Assembly: GCA_951406725.2 (NCBI GenBank)
Contig: OX597814.1
Location: forward strand, 155,620,001 to 155,684,000
Origin: Octopus vulgaris
Lineage: Eukaryota
Length of the DNA stretch: 64,000 nt
Direction: 5' to 3'
This document shows, one piece after another, positions 38,332 through 52,751 of the stretch; the stretch's first letter is position 1; every line of letters begins with the position of its first letter. Below the pieces are notes generated by a model. It saw only the letters and a list, made by a program, of their open reading frames with translations. It ran no database searches and was not told the origin of the DNA. Both the position numbers and the translations under genes were made by a program.

Positions 38332-41006
38332 TAAATATTTCATACTTGATGACTTAATAAATAATTCATGAACAACTAGTTAGCACAAATTTTTAAGAAA
38401 TAGCATATGTTGAACATAAATATACAGCAAACTGCCCAAAATTGGACACCATACCCTATAATTCACAATATATCGTGTTAGGTCATTATTGACTGGAGAC
38501 TAAGATAATATATGTACCGTCTTTTCTAGCACTCGAGTTGAGGTGGTATATTGTATAAACAGTATCGTCACTATCTTTCTTATACCTGCTGTATTTCACA
38601 CAGAAGTTTTTATCTTCTATATCTGTCTTGGTGTAGGAGTGGCATCATGTCTTTGGGTGTAAGCTTTGGTCTAAATAATTCCACTTGTATGTCGGAAAAG
38701 TTCGTATATTGCATTCGATATGTAAAGATTGGCATTCATTCTTTATGAGATAATATCCAAAAATACCAAATACAATCCATAAAGCACGATGCTGATATAG
38801 ATATGATTTGAAATCCCTGTTCCACGGGTTTTTGTGTGTCTAATGTAACTTATTCTGTATCGAAAAAAGTAATATTTCAAATTGGAATATCCATCGCATA
38901 TTTATTGGGTTCTGAATTAAAATCTTTAGTATTAAATATTTCACTCGCTGGTAATGAATGAAAATAAACTTATAGGGATTACAACAATATATAACTTAGT
39001 AATTCATAAGATGAAGAAAGTATATAGGGTGAAATATGCATATCCAGAGACATGCTCATAACAAATATTTCAAAATTGTTGGACACAAATTACTAACTTG
39101 TATAGTTTCAGAACTCACGACGGTTTTAACAACAGCATCGTAGCATATTATACTGTCTAAATTGCAGTTAAGGTATTTTCGAGAACATTCTGCATTATCC
39201 TCTAAATTGTCAACAGTGTGGATTTCATGTTAAAGTAGAATATTGCTACTATGAGATATGCTATTTATAAGTTGCAAAAGATATACTTTCGATAAAACTA
39301 CGACTCATTCATTGGTTTCACCACGGACTTCGCTAATATAAAAACAAATTTTTCGTTAAATATTATGTACAACAGTTATAGCACGAATGAATGATGAACA
39401 TTTTTATGAAGACAGAAAATACAGATATTTCTTTTGGAAAGCACTATTAAATGGAATACTGGCAGTGCGTCAGTGCTAGTAGTTAAAAGGTTCGCTTTAT
39501 TACTTTTATCAAAATGGAACTCTTTATAACATCACAAAAACCGATTTTAATCCTAACACTTGCCCATACATTTTTAGCTTTTCTAACTCCTGAAGCTATT
39601 TTACTTCTATCATATACCATTTTTTGTATGTCATAATGTGGAAGTTTTAAAAACAAAAATCAACGGTAACCGATATGAATATAGAGGAAAAATAAACTAT
39701 TCCATAATTACAGGCAAACAAGAAAATACATTATCTTTGGAACCATATTAATAAACGAGCAAATCAACTTCAAATATATAGCTTGAGGAAAGCTTAACAA
39801 GAACTCGTACCTAAGGGGCTGTACAACCAGTAACGCAAAAATATATGAATATACATACAGAGATATATACGCACATGTGCACACATTTATACATACATAT
39901 ACACACATATGCACGCGTATATATATATATATATATATATATACATGTGCACACACATATATATAGCTGCTGCAATTTCCTGTACATTTACGTTATCGAG
40001 AATAGAGTTGACATTTTTGACATCAACTGCATATGGATTTCTTACAAATGCATCGGGAGTAAATTTCCTCCAGTCATAAAGTAATTCAACGTCACTTAAC
40101 TTCATAACTCCTCTCAAGTTCAACCTGATATATCCTTTCAGAATTCGATAGTTAGAATTAAGAATAAAAAACATAACGTAGGTTTTAAAGCTTAAAGCAC
40201 TATTTCACTATAGTTTGTTGATCAGAATGTTATCTAGTTATGTTCTAATGTTATCTGTTGATGTAAACGTCAACAGTATACTTTTTCACTTCGTGTATTG
40301 TTAACTGAAATTGATAATTTAACATTAAATTTCACAATCCAGAAGAATGAACAAGCCTATCTAATGAGAAAGCAAGAAGATAACGATAAACGAAGACTAC
40401 ATTGAAGTAAATCTATAAACCTACTTCTACAATTTGTAAATTCACAAGAGCAAAGAAATATTAGAAAATGCAAAACAATCGGATGCTTATCTTTAGGCTA
40501 AAAGGAATAAAAGTCAGAATGCTTACAAAATATCTACAGACTTCTCTTACATGAATAACCATGCATGAAGTAATAAGAGAAAATAATGAAAGCAATAATG
40601 ACTAAACAAAAATGGAACACACCTTTAACGTACGTGGACAATCACCAATATTGTAGACAAAGCGTTCATTAGCTTTGAAGAAAAATATTTCCTGGAGATA
40701 CATATAACTCTATAGAAATTCTGAAGAATCGTATCAAGTCATTTTAATATTGCACAGTACTGAGTCTTTACAATATACAATTATACAAATATACAGCATG
40801 CGGCAAAAGACCACCAACATTTACAGGTTGAGAAGAAATGGCTCAATAATGATCACACACCGTGCACTCATCAAAACCATGATAATAGTTAAAAAAAAAG
40901 GAAAGCGATGCGAAATAACAAATGTAGGGACTATAAGCACACTTGGATCCAGTACTTGGTGTGCAATGTAACCTTACACAAAGTCAATGGTATAATACTA
41001 ATACTT

Positions 41007-41239
41007 AAGGCGGCGAGCTGGCAGAAACGTTAGCACGCCGGGCGAAATGCGTAGCAGTATTTCGTCTGCCGTTACGTTCTGAGTTCAAATTCCGCCGAGG
41101 TCGACTTTGCCTTTCATCCTTTCGGGGTCGATAAATTAAGTACCAGTTACGCACTGGGGTCGATATAATCGACTTAATCTGTTTGTCTGTCCTTGTTTGT
41201 CCTCTCTGTGTTTAGCCCCTTGTGGGTAGTAAAGAAATA
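41007..41239 (+). mobile_element. Young Nin/Deu-domain tRNA SINE with 17-bp TSD
   Basis: GAGTTCAAATTCC B-box and GCCTTTCATCCTTTCGGGGTCGATAAATTAAGTACCAG domain. TSD GGTATAATACTAATACT at 40989-41005 and 41240-41256. Confidence 0.92.
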
Positions 41240-42000
41240 GGTATAATACTAATACTAAACAAAGGAAGTCTTGGATATGTTAAATAATACAATGGCTTGA
41301 GATAATTAGGTACTAGAGCTAAATTCTTTTGTAAATTGTTATTTTTAAGAATTCGTCTCCTTATAGAATTATTAGTAAAAGTCATTCAGCATGGCTTTCG
41401 TTCAGGTAAACCAAAACTATCGTAAATTCTTCCAATATTGAAAGTATCAAAAGTCAAAACCTAATATATATTATATTAATTGTAGATTTTAGAGGAAGTT
41501 TTGATTCGCTCCATCTAGTCAATCTGATATAGGCTAATCCAGGTTCCATCATTGATGTAATCAACATTGATACCACCACTCAGGTTATATTATTTGATAG
41601 TGATGGATATTTTTTGAGAACACGGTAACAGTATTACAAGGCGCCTGCTTTATACTATTTCAATTTATCATACTTCTCCTAATTAAACATTCCAACATTA
41701 AATGATAAAGAAACATGCTACCAGCTAGGTTTCCCAAAATAGGCATCATTCTGAAAATCTTACTCCTGATGCAAATTATACAAATAAAATAGCTTTTACT
41801 ATTAATACTGTCTAGTTAGTTAATCTACTACTTCACGAGCTGAGGAATCTGCAAACAGATTTGATGTCAAAAACATTAAACTGAATTTATGATTTTAGGT
41901 CAACCTTTTACTTTAGGTTCTTTTGCCAAATCGCTATGTTAAGGGGACGTAAATGCACCAGCATCGGTTGTGAAGCGACGGTGGGGGGACAAATACATAC

Positions 42001-42042
<42 letters not shown>

Positions 42043-42184
42043 GGGATGGGCGTCTTTCAGTTTCCGTCTACCAAATCCACTCACAAGGCTTTGGTCGGCC
42101 CGAGGATATAGTAGAAGACACTTGCCCAAGTTGCCACGCAGCGGGACTGATCCCGGAACTATGTGGTTGGGAAACAAGCTTCTT

Positions 42185-44164
42185 TATTTCATTAAATTTG
42201 CCACAAGGGCAGCACACAGAGAGAAGCTTGAGTGCTAGACAGAGACATTAATGGGATGAATGATGATGATATATGGATAATAAGGAGGGGAGAAGACGAA
42301 AAGCGCCCGCCGACTTTCGCTTCTCTAAAACATTGCTCTTTTTTTTTTAAAGCACACAGTTCAAAATTAAAAATAAACACAAACACGAGCCAATAATCCT
42401 CCCACTTTTTACATTTTTAGTCTCTTTTTTAGGTAATACACCTCTTCAATTTTTCCGCCCGGCCAGGCTCCTCGCTTCATCGAAGCACCTGGTCCGTTCC
42501 GAACTTAAAGGTTTCAACATAAATCTGAAGGAGTCCTTCGGGAAGGAGTTCGTTATCTTCCATAGATCGTTCTCCCATATGACCTCCGCAGACACCTGCG
42601 AAGGCCACTCAGGGTCCTCCCTGTAGGACAGAAGCCCCTCCCACCGGCACTTCCTTTCAATTTTTTAATTTCATTTTGCAAGGTTCCTCCCTTGTGGAAG
42701 AGGATCAAAAATTCCTCCTCCAGCGTGTCCTGCCAAAGGAGAATCGGGACACGCCGGCAGCATGTCACAACCCGTAGGCAATGTCCCGTTTTTCTTTTTT
42801 CTCTTCTTTTTCCCTTGGGCTGCGGGAGGGTGGTGTTCCCTTGCTGTGTCCAGCAGGTCCTCCTTTTCTCCCGAAGCTCTCTGGTTCTTCGATTGTTGCC
42901 CACCTTTCGCTTTCGTTTTTTCGAGGATGTGGAAACCTCCTCGATATCCTCCTCCTTCTCTCCCTCCATTGAGGGAGCAGGGAGTGGTTCCTCTGTTAAC
43001 TGCTCCAGGATCCTATTTTGGTCATTGGAGCAGTTTTTCTTGATGTGGCCGGTCTCCAGGCACAGGTGAAACTTGGAGGGGCGTCCCTCGAACATCACCG
43101 GATACCTAGACCCGGCCATCCTAAAAAAATCTGGGAAAACCAGACTTTCGGCTGATTGGGTCCATAGGGTCAACACAGCTTTTGACCCCTCCCAATCAGC
43201 CGCAGGCAAAATTTTTACGTTGAGCAGCTTGGTACTACTACCACTCAGACCCCGGCGGATAGAGTCTTCTATCCACTTGGGCACAATTCCGGGTGGCAAG
43301 CCGCAAACCCAAGCCCTCGCTAACTTCTTTCCACAATAACTGGGAAGAAACATTATTTCCTTCTCCTCGAGGGGCCGGCTTGCAAAATCGCAAGCTTCTT
43401 TGGGGGAGTCAAATAGCAACCAGACCGTTGCAAATTTGACTCCCCGTAAAATAAATTTAATAGCTGGCATGTATTCTGCCAGCTCTTTCAAAATTGTGGC
43501 TTTCGGGAAGACGGTTATGGTATCGAGCGACTTTGAATAAGTCCTCAACACCACCGTCTTCCTTTCGAACTCTTTTAGCCATGACTTGGGAGGTGTTAAT
43601 TCCCACACTAATGTTTCCTTTGCCGTTTTTTTTAAATAAAAAGTCCAAATACAGTTCGTCAATACGTTTTCAAATAAAGAAAGATACACAAAAAAAAAAA
43701 AGAAAACACAACAGAAGGTAAGAAAAGATAAAAATAACAGTTCAAATAAAGTTCTTTTTTTTTAAATATATGATAGCTGTGAAAAGAGAATTCAAATCCA
43801 GGCAAAGGAATAAATTTTCGGCCGAAAGGTATTCCTGGCCAATCCTTTTAATCCACGTGGGCACAAAAATTTTTAAATACAATTTCTCACAATTATGTGA
43901 GACAACACACGTCTCCACAGCAAGGCAGACAAAAAGCCCCGAATCCAGTAAGGACTCCTTGCCTGTTCAAAAAATTGAAACCATCAGGCAACAAATCCTA
44001 CTGGACTCAAAAAGCAAAAAGTCTTACCTTACAGTAGAGCGTCTTTCAGTTCAACTTTCGCCAGCTGCATACCAGCGTGACGACTTCAACAAGTGCGTGA
44101 AGAACACTGTTTTCGTTCTTTTTTTCTTTTTAGCTCAAAGCTACATGTCCTCTCTGTTCGACCA
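42185..44164 (-). mobile_element. ORF1-only L1/Tx1-type (HAL1-like) retroelement, about 2.0 kb, 14-bp TSD
   Basis: TSD GAA(A/G)CAAGCTTCTT at 42171-42184 and 44165-44178. 3' end GCCCTTGTGGCAAATTTAATGAAATAAA. No EN or RT motifs. Confidence 0.8.
42553..43689 (-). pseudogene. Tx1-type ORF1 nucleic-acid-binding protein (378-aa frame; C-terminus frameshifted)
   Basis: RAWVCGLPP and VMFEGRPSKFHLCLETGHIKKNC (CX2CX4HX4C knuckle with first C replaced by F), basic KKRKRK patch. An alternative frame continues EDPEWPSQVSAEVIWENDLW. Confidence 0.8.
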
Positions 44165-45284
44165 GAAGCAAGCTTCTTACCACACAGCCACGCCTGCGCC
44201 TTAATATATATATATATACATGCACTATACACACGCACACTTTAATACAGAAATCACAGCATGTATGTATGAGACAAATACATATTGGCTATATTAAAGA
44301 AGATTCTTAAGAACAACTTAGTACAACAGAAGAGACAATGAATTTCGTTAAACTATAGACAAGCAATGATAATATTCAAGACTTGTATAATTGAAAAGTT
44401 TCTTAGGCATAATATAAATACACTTGAGGAAGATTTTAATGGCTAATGTAAGCCATAAATTTCATTATAAACATTAAGTTTATTCGCAGAGCAACACTGC
44501 AACGTCACACCGGTTAACTGTGCATTTACAACGAGGTGCAATTCCATTAGGCTGAAGCAAAATTGATAGGAAAATGTTATTATCATGTCCAGTCTCTGCT
44601 GAATTCCCCTCCCACAAAAAAATGACGAATAATGTTAAAAGTAATATTCAAGAAATGACAAAGTTAAAAAAAAAATGTAGTTGAAACACACAAGAATAAC
44701 CATAATATTCATTACGCATAAACGTAACTGTCCATGATTGAAATTCCAGAGCAGAGTCTATATTAGTGTCATTGGTGCGAACTTCTATAAAGTGAAAGTA
44801 GTACGTCAATATATCGTTTCAGCTTGAAAATAACTCCAAATGTTTGCAAACACTGTGGTATGAATTTAAGAAACGTACTTTTCCAAATATCTGCGAGAAA
44901 CGCACATGAAATTTAAACATAACCGTGGTATTCATTACACCTTATACAATAATGTATATTTTTTTAACAAGTACTGGATCCATTTCAGTTGACTGTACAC
45001 TCGCCAATGATATGTGATCACCAATGAATAATATGATAAAACGACGTGGAACGCTACAGAACTCTCTATGTTATCGCTTCTCCTGTTAGATATAACAACC
45101 AAATTTCCTTCAAACTTAAGGAAGCATTGCTAGATATAAGCTGCAAGAGAAATGTTTTCAATAAAAGACCTACACTTATTCATTGATATCACCCCGGACG
45201 TCGGTTCTATAAAGCACCGAATGTTTTGCTAGTTTATACGTACATATGTTACCTTAGATTCTAAGAAAACTAAACCATTATCTA

Positions 45285-45566
45285 AGCTGGCATGCAACTC
45301 GTAGATGTGCACGTACATGTACACAAAGGATCAGGGTCATCTACGCTGGCGAGTAACTCGTAGTTGTACACGTCGTAGGCCTACATATACACACCAAGTT
45401 TTAGGTCCATCTACGCTGGCGTGCAAATCGTAGATGTACACGTAGGCCTAACATGTACACAGATATCTGCATAGGAGAATTAAAAATAACTGTCGAGGTT
45501 AGCATTATATAACTTCTTAAGGAAGCCCTAGATTGTACTGGCGGAACCCTGGTTGAAAACCACTGC
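45285..45566. mobile_element. hAT-like MITE end with about 70-bp subterminal tandem repeats
   Basis: Ends GAACCCTGGTTGAAAACCACTG (reverse complement CAGTGGTTTTCAACC, a Charlie/hAT-like terminus). Repeats of CATCTACGCTGGCG..TCGTAGATGTACACG. Other end not found. Confidence 0.5.
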
Positions 45567-46665
45567 CTTAGAGACTATGTGAGGTATAAAATTCTACTTC
45601 TGTGAAGTAGTGAAATACGAATAAAAGGATACATTACATATCCTATTCTTCATGCCGCTGTAACTACTGTGCGCTTCGTTGCGGCGCCCTAGGAATATTT
45701 TCTTCTTTAACTTTGGTAGTTCATCAGTTACAGGCTGTGTGTCATTGCCAGTAACGTAAATGTGGTTGAGTTGTGTTCTTTAATTGGACGCAGAACCATC
45801 CGAAATATAACAAATGATATAACCTGCTGTTCAGCAAAATAGTTACAAAACAGAGATTGGTGGAATATGTCCATGAGCATCATCTTTGATCTTGATCTCA
45901 GGCCATGAGATATTTTGAATCTCGTAAGAAAGATTGTATTCTTAGCACCAAGTCAATATTGAAACATCTTGAGTGTGTAGGTTATAAGGCATACAGCCAA
46001 ATAAAAGATAGGTTGATCATGGCTGCAATTTCATTTATCATAAATCAGCTGATTTATGCTTCACGTGGGAATAACTCACAATAACAAGCAATAGTATAAC
46101 AAAAATAAAAAGCACTGTAGTGATAAAATCAACTTTGTATTATTTGATCTCAGAAACCTATAATACTAATACAGTAAACGCATTAGTGTATGAAATTTGT
46201 CAAATTTTCTTCGGTCGCCACCCAACACCGTTCCGCAAAAATACGATGGATGCATAGATGTCTAAAATATTTAATGCACTGTTGAGTAAGCTAATTACTT
46301 TACAAGATTATTCTGTAACATTCTTATAAAATCCTATAAATGATAAGCTGACTGAAATAATGTTGGCAGTCAATGAACATTAAACGATGATATATTTATC
46401 GAAAGTCTATAATATTTTAATTCATTCTTTGACACCTATACAACAGTTAAACTGACGAACTACTTACACCCCTAACACAAACACCCCCCTACCGCATATA
46501 TATGCACTTAAACGTACAAAGACAAAGCATAATATTTTGTTAACCCATATTCTACAAAAGTGAATCAGTAATATGAGATTTCGTGCCTAATCATTTATTA
46601 AACCTATCACTTAGTTTTGTGCGCATTTTGGCATTAAACCGTACGTGTTTTAGTAAGTACTACAA

Positions 46666-46834
46666 TATTGGCTTCAAATTTTGGCACAAGGCCAGCAGTT
46701 TTAGGTTAAACCGATACCATTAACCCCAGCACCCGGCATATTTTACTGAACCCTAAATGATGAACGGCAAAGTATTCCTCGGCGGAATTTTAGCTCAGAA
46801 CAAGGCGGTCTAAATGTCACTAAGCATTTCACCT
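46666..46834 (-). mobile_element. Nin/Deu-type SINE fragment
   Basis: Matches 11167-11352 and 41007-41239. Confidence 0.7.
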
Positions 46835-46839
46835 GAGGT

Positions 46840-47530
46840 AATAAGGATATTCCAACTCACCGCTTTGGATGGTATCCTTGATCAAGTTGGTGAATGCTGC
46901 CATAATTCTTGCCTTAAGTTCACCTTTGGTGTTACAAGGAGTTTTGTTGGTCTCTCGCTCACAAAATATCCAAGGATGTTGCAGTCTGGGGAGTTAGGTG
47001 ACCAGATGTTAGGAGTGATGTGGTCGCAGAAATTGTCTGGCAGCCATGATTGGGTTCTCCTGCTTGTGTGGTATAGTGCAGAATCTTGTTGCTAGACATA
47101 GGGTCTTCCAGCAACAAACCTCTTGACCCGGAGCAGCGCTTGATGTAGGCCTCCGTGTTGAATCTGAAGCTCTGTGGGAAGATAAATAGAGGCATAAGGT
47201 CGCCGTCACTAGTGATCACTCCAAACACTATGATGTTCACTGGATGTTTGATTTTTATCACTCTCGGTACATGTCCTCAGATTGCACTGTCCACAGATTG
47301 ACACCCAAAAACTCTGAAATGTTCGCATTGGAACCTCTGGCGTGAATGTTAATTAGTACAGTATGTCGTTTCCAAATTTCTGGTAGAGTGAATTGCGTCA
47401 TGGTGCTGTTATTCCCACAGATGGTGCCCAGCTGACCCTACTATATTGTGTAGTCGACAAGATCAAAAATAAACAATGGATATGCACGACATAAAAAATA
47501 TAAAATGGCACCAATTTACCCATCGCACGC

Positions 47531-47532
<2 letters not shown>
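46840..47532 (-). mobile_element. Tc1/mariner-superfamily relic
   Basis: KHPVNIIVFGVITSDGDLMPLFIFP and WSPNSPDCN (WPPNSPDLN-like). Terminus CAGCGTGCGATGGGTAAATTG next to (TA)n. Confidence 0.75.
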
Positions 47533-47593
<61 letters not shown>

Positions 47594-50500
47594 CTATGTA
47601 TGTATATATATATATATATGCATATATCCATGCATACATGCGTATTTAAGATGATATGCGTTAATATATATACTGATATGTATGATTTGTACAAGCAGCC
47701 ATTCCACACATAAACCCACATTCACACACCAAGGCTAATCCTGATGCTTATCTTTTGTAACGATAAATAATTATGAGATAATTCTCCCCCACAACAGATA
47801 CTTTGTTTCCTCTCGAGCAAATGAACTTAGCAAAGCTAGTCGACAACGAAATCATCAAATTCCACAAATGTACATCTTGGTTTTATTCCAAATAGTCAAT
47901 GTACTCACGAAAGACACTTTTAGCAATGAGTTTTGCACTCCACCTGTTTAATCAACGCACACACCAAGTGTAATTACATGTTTCAGAAAGGAGCTTTTTA
48001 TTTTAGAAATAATAATCAAAGTTTCCATAAAAGCTGCCTAAAACGGTACTTAACGTGTTCCTAGATATATTATGTCTTAAAAAGAGATAAATTTACCTCG
48101 GAAGGAATGCTTTCAAGAAAGGCAACGCGAAGCCGGGAAATTCTAGAGGATTACCAGAGTTACCAAATGCTGGGGATTGTAAAATTCATATTTTATGATC
48201 TTTTACATACATCATTCATTTTATGTTCGTGATATTGCTTTTACTTTCGGATTTATCAACTTTTACTCTTATTTCCCACGCAGAATTCATATGTTAAACA
48301 GAAATAAGTGGATAAACATTTTCAATAATATTTGATTGTTTGTAAAATATTTCTTCTCTAATTATTTTCTGAAATCTATTTACTCATATTTCTGTATTCT
48401 ATAGTTTTCAATACAAACCGAATAAAACAAATACCTTTTCTGTTGACCCGCCGATTAACTCCAGTAAGTTAAAACACTCTACAGCTTAATTTCTATCATT
48501 TTGTATCTTTTGTATTATTATCTACACGAGTAAATTTTGCTGCCCACACATGATTTCTGTTCTATCGTATGTATGACCTTCCAGAAAAGCTATGTATTTT
48601 TCCTATATTGTTTTGTTAATATGTTGATTTCTCACTTCGATTCATCGGTTGCAAGCAATTATGCTTGCCATCTCACTGCTTTCTCTGTTAAGCTTGTTCA
48701 ATTCCATCTTTCTGATTTATATTGCCCTCACTTATTTCTTATAGCTTACTTTAATGTACTACAACAGTCGTACAAAATAAGAGCTGGAATATACATATCT
48801 TCAACATTCAATTTGGGTAAATTTTAGAGTGAAAAACTTCAGTAAAATATTGTTTGAACGATTGAAGATGTCAATTTTGTAGGGAGAAATATCAGATTTT
48901 CAACAGTCTATGTTTTTTTTCAAATGCAGTAAAAATCTTCTTTGTTCTTCCTGTGGAATCATATTCTGAGCGTTGAAGTGTTACATGCACAATATTATGG
49001 GACAAGACCGTATGAAACAATTGGCTCCGACATATTTTCAAGTGGTGTATGCAAACGTAGTTCTAAGCGACGAATTTCTCCTGGTTATCAATTATTGGAC
49101 TTTGGGAAAATTTAGTGAGACTCTTCTGCCATAAGCCTCTGTTTGAACTTCTTTGATGTCTCATAAGCATAAAATATGATATTACAATCATCACTTTTCG
49201 CAATATTTTTGATGTACGACATTGTATTTTTATCTTAATTGCATCAATAGTTAGCTTAAACAATTAATTTTATAACCGTTTGATTTTCGGGTAAACGCAT
49301 AAGCTCTCACCCTGCACCATGCCCATACTTACAGATTTTTGTCTTTACTTTTATGAATATGTATTACTATTATTTAATGCTGTTCTGTTTATTCTTTTCG
49401 TACTCATTTGGATATTATGTGGACTATGCAGAATTCACCCTACGCCTAACTTCACGTTTATGATATCGGCCATTTGCAAGCCACCATAACAACTAAGAAA
49501 ATACAATTTTGTATTTTTAGCTGAATTAAAATGAATCGCCGTAGGATGGGGAAATGCAAAAATATTATTTGTTTATTTAGTAGCATAATGTGATAACAAT
49601 GCCAATTTATTTTTAGCAGTGATGCAACACAGCTTAGGTCACTTAATATATCAAGCTGCAGACATTTTCTCATTTTTTTAAAATTGACATTTATAAACAA
49701 ATTCTTACCTCTTTGTTGTAGTTACAGTACATATTGAATTGATCCTAAGATTTTCAAAATATTACATTCAGCACAATTGAATGTTTTCATCTATTACCTA
49801 ATAAATTCTGATTAAACAAATTAAGAATATGCTGTCAGTGCAGATCACGCTGTTACATTCATCGAAATACAAAAGATACCTTTCAGGGATATTTCTAAGA
49901 TAATTGCAGATTGTCAGCAGATGCAAGCCCTCATCACTCTGAGTATATCAATATTCAGAAGAATGAACATAATCATAGTAGATTTTACCAAGACTTATTT
50001 GTAGAATTCCATGAGATAAGTGAATGGAATATTTTGGTATAATTTCCGCTCCCCGAATTGACAGAATCTTTAGAGCATTGGATATGATACGCCGCGTTCT
50101 GAGTTCAAATCCTGCTGTAGTCAACTTTGTATTTCATTCTTTCGGAGTCAGTAACAAAGTGCCACCTCAGAACGATGGATTGGAAGAACTTGCAATAATG
50201 TCTGACTGGATACTTGTAGTATTTGGTGTATTGATTGCAGATCTCACCATAGCCTACATGGTTGGTAGACAAAATCCGTCTATCGGTTAAACGTCTCCAC
50301 CAGGCAATTTGGATGCATTAGCCTAGGTTACTGAGTTAAAAACATACAGACCAGTAATTCGATTTGAGAAACGTTTCTGAACCCTTCTTCTACAAGTGGG
50401 CATGATATATAAATTATTATGTGCATCGCTTTCCTCTTGGTGAAAGACTTTTAGAAATGACAATCTGAATTTTGAAAGTATCGTTCTTCGTTTCGCAGAA

Positions 50501-50730
50501 AATAAAATGTTGGATAATTATCGCTGTATTGGTTGTATTCGTAATAGATCTTGCCATCTTTTATACTTAATTTTTATGTATTCATTCCAACTTTGCAATA
50601 AGAATGTGAAGTGACTTTGAATTTGATTTATTATATTTAAAAAGAAATCAAATAATTACTTATATACATAAAAAAAAGTTCATCTTCTTCATAGCTTTCT
50701 GGTCTGATCAGTCAAGTTTGATCTGAAGAT

Positions 50731-50774
<44 letters not shown>

Positions 50775-51475
50775 GAAAAGCAGCAAAAATAACAACAACT
50801 ATATCTGCAACCACAACAAATTATCTAGTCATCGGAAATAGCCGCAGCATTAATAGTTTCATAAACACAGGCACTCCCTCTCATACTATCGATGATAAAT
50901 GCAGAAGAACAACAACTGTCAGATTTGGACTACGTCTACTTCAGCTATCAACGCAATTGAAATCACTACAATTTAAAGAAGTTAAAAATAGACAAAAAAA
51001 AATGTATGAAATCTTCCACGTGTACATCTAGTCACATTGCATTCTATAAGAAATTATCCAATGTCAGATGCGTATTTGATATATTTAGAAAAATAGATCT
51101 GTAGATTGAACTTAAGGCCGTTCCACAGTCTGACTAGGTGTGATAGGTCAGCTAGGTCAGAACTGACCGGTGGCTGGGTAGCAACAATTTGCTTAATCAC
51201 TCAAACTCTAAATTGTAAATGTTGTCTATTCAGTATGTGACTAATCACTAAAATGCTTTATTGCAGCGTTTCTCTCTATGTGTGTGTGTATGTACGTATA
51301 TGTGCGTGTGTGTACATACAGACATAAGTATATATATATACATACATAGATATATACATATATACACACATACATACACAAATATAAATACATGTGTATA
51401 TATAAATGTATATGTGTGTATATATATTATATATAAATATATATTTATATATATATTATATTTATTCATATTATA

Positions 51476-51519
<44 letters not shown>

Positions 51520-51613
51520 TAGTATATCCATATATGCATAGTTTATGGATATATCTATAGATACTAATAAAGATATATATATATATATATGTGTGTGTTA
51601 ATATATATAGGTA

Positions 51614-51666
<53 letters not shown>

Positions 51667-52048
51667 GTCTACACTCGTGCACTCAGACACGCAGTCACAC
51701 ACACATACATAGAGAGACAAATACATATATGTACATCTGCATATGTATGTATATTTAGATAAATATAGATAATAATAGATGTATGCATGTGTGTGTGGGT
51801 GCATATGAGTAATATTGTGCCTTAAGTTCAAGAAGTCAAACTTTAGATGGAATTAGTCTTTGATTGTGTTTGCAGAAAGTTTAATGCTGACGTCATGCCT
51901 ATGTGAATGTACCAAGATCATTCTCACTTGCTCTCTCACACACTCTCTCTCTCTCTTCTTACTATACGCAGATGCGCGCACTCGCATTAACTTTTACACT
52001 CACATGCACACATACATGCGTACATACATACATACATACATACATACA

Positions 52049-52082
<34 letters not shown>

Positions 52083-52464
52083 CATTCATACATACGTACA
52101 TACATATATATATACATTCGTACGTGCATACATTCTGGGGTAGCGTATGGCAGAATTTTAGCCGAAAGGATTGACCCAGTACTTATTCTTTAAAGCCTCG
52201 CACTTATTTCACCCCATCTAACTTTTGAATTACAGGGACGTAAACACGCCAGCACTGAATGTTAAATTGTGGTGAGAGACAAATACAGAAGCAAAGACGC
52301 TCACACGCATGCATACACTTACACATACGACGGACCTCTTTGTACATACATATATATACACATATATACATGCATACTTCCATACATACATATACATACA
52401 TACATACATACATACATACAAATATACATACACACATATATATATATATACATACATACACACG

Positions 52465-52509
<45 letters not shown>

Positions 52510-52528
52510 ATTTTTATTTTATATTGAA

Positions 52529-52584
52529 GGTACTACTATTCGTAGATACCAACACGCGTGTTGGTATCTACGAATAGTAGTACC
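52529..52584. repeat. Perfect 56-bp palindrome without spacer
   Basis: GGTACTACTATTCGTAGATACCAACACG followed immediately by CGTGTTGGTATCTACGAATAGTAGTACC. Confidence 0.97.
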
Positions 52585-52699
52585 CTCACTATAATATAAA
52601 TGAATATTTTCAAAGAGGAAGAATTTACGGATTTTTTCTCTTACGAGGTTTTTCACGCTGACTACTGATAATTTCTTTTAAAGATTTTATCCTCAATTG

Positions 52700-52750
<51 letters not shown>

Positions 52751-52751
52751 T

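Larger units (their letters stand above)
41905..44202 (-). mobile_element. CORE-type SINE interrupted in its tRNA head (pieces 41905-42184 and 44165-44202)
   Basis: ATGTGGTTGGGAAACAAGCTTCTT resumes as GAAGCAAGCTTCTTACCACACAGCCACGCCTGCGCC, matching the uninterrupted copy at 1480-1528. Confidence 0.9.

Noticed and set aside
48115-48150. Helitron-like 3' end (GGCAACG..GCCGGG..CTAG)
   Set aside because: Hairpin is imperfect and no 5' end was identified.
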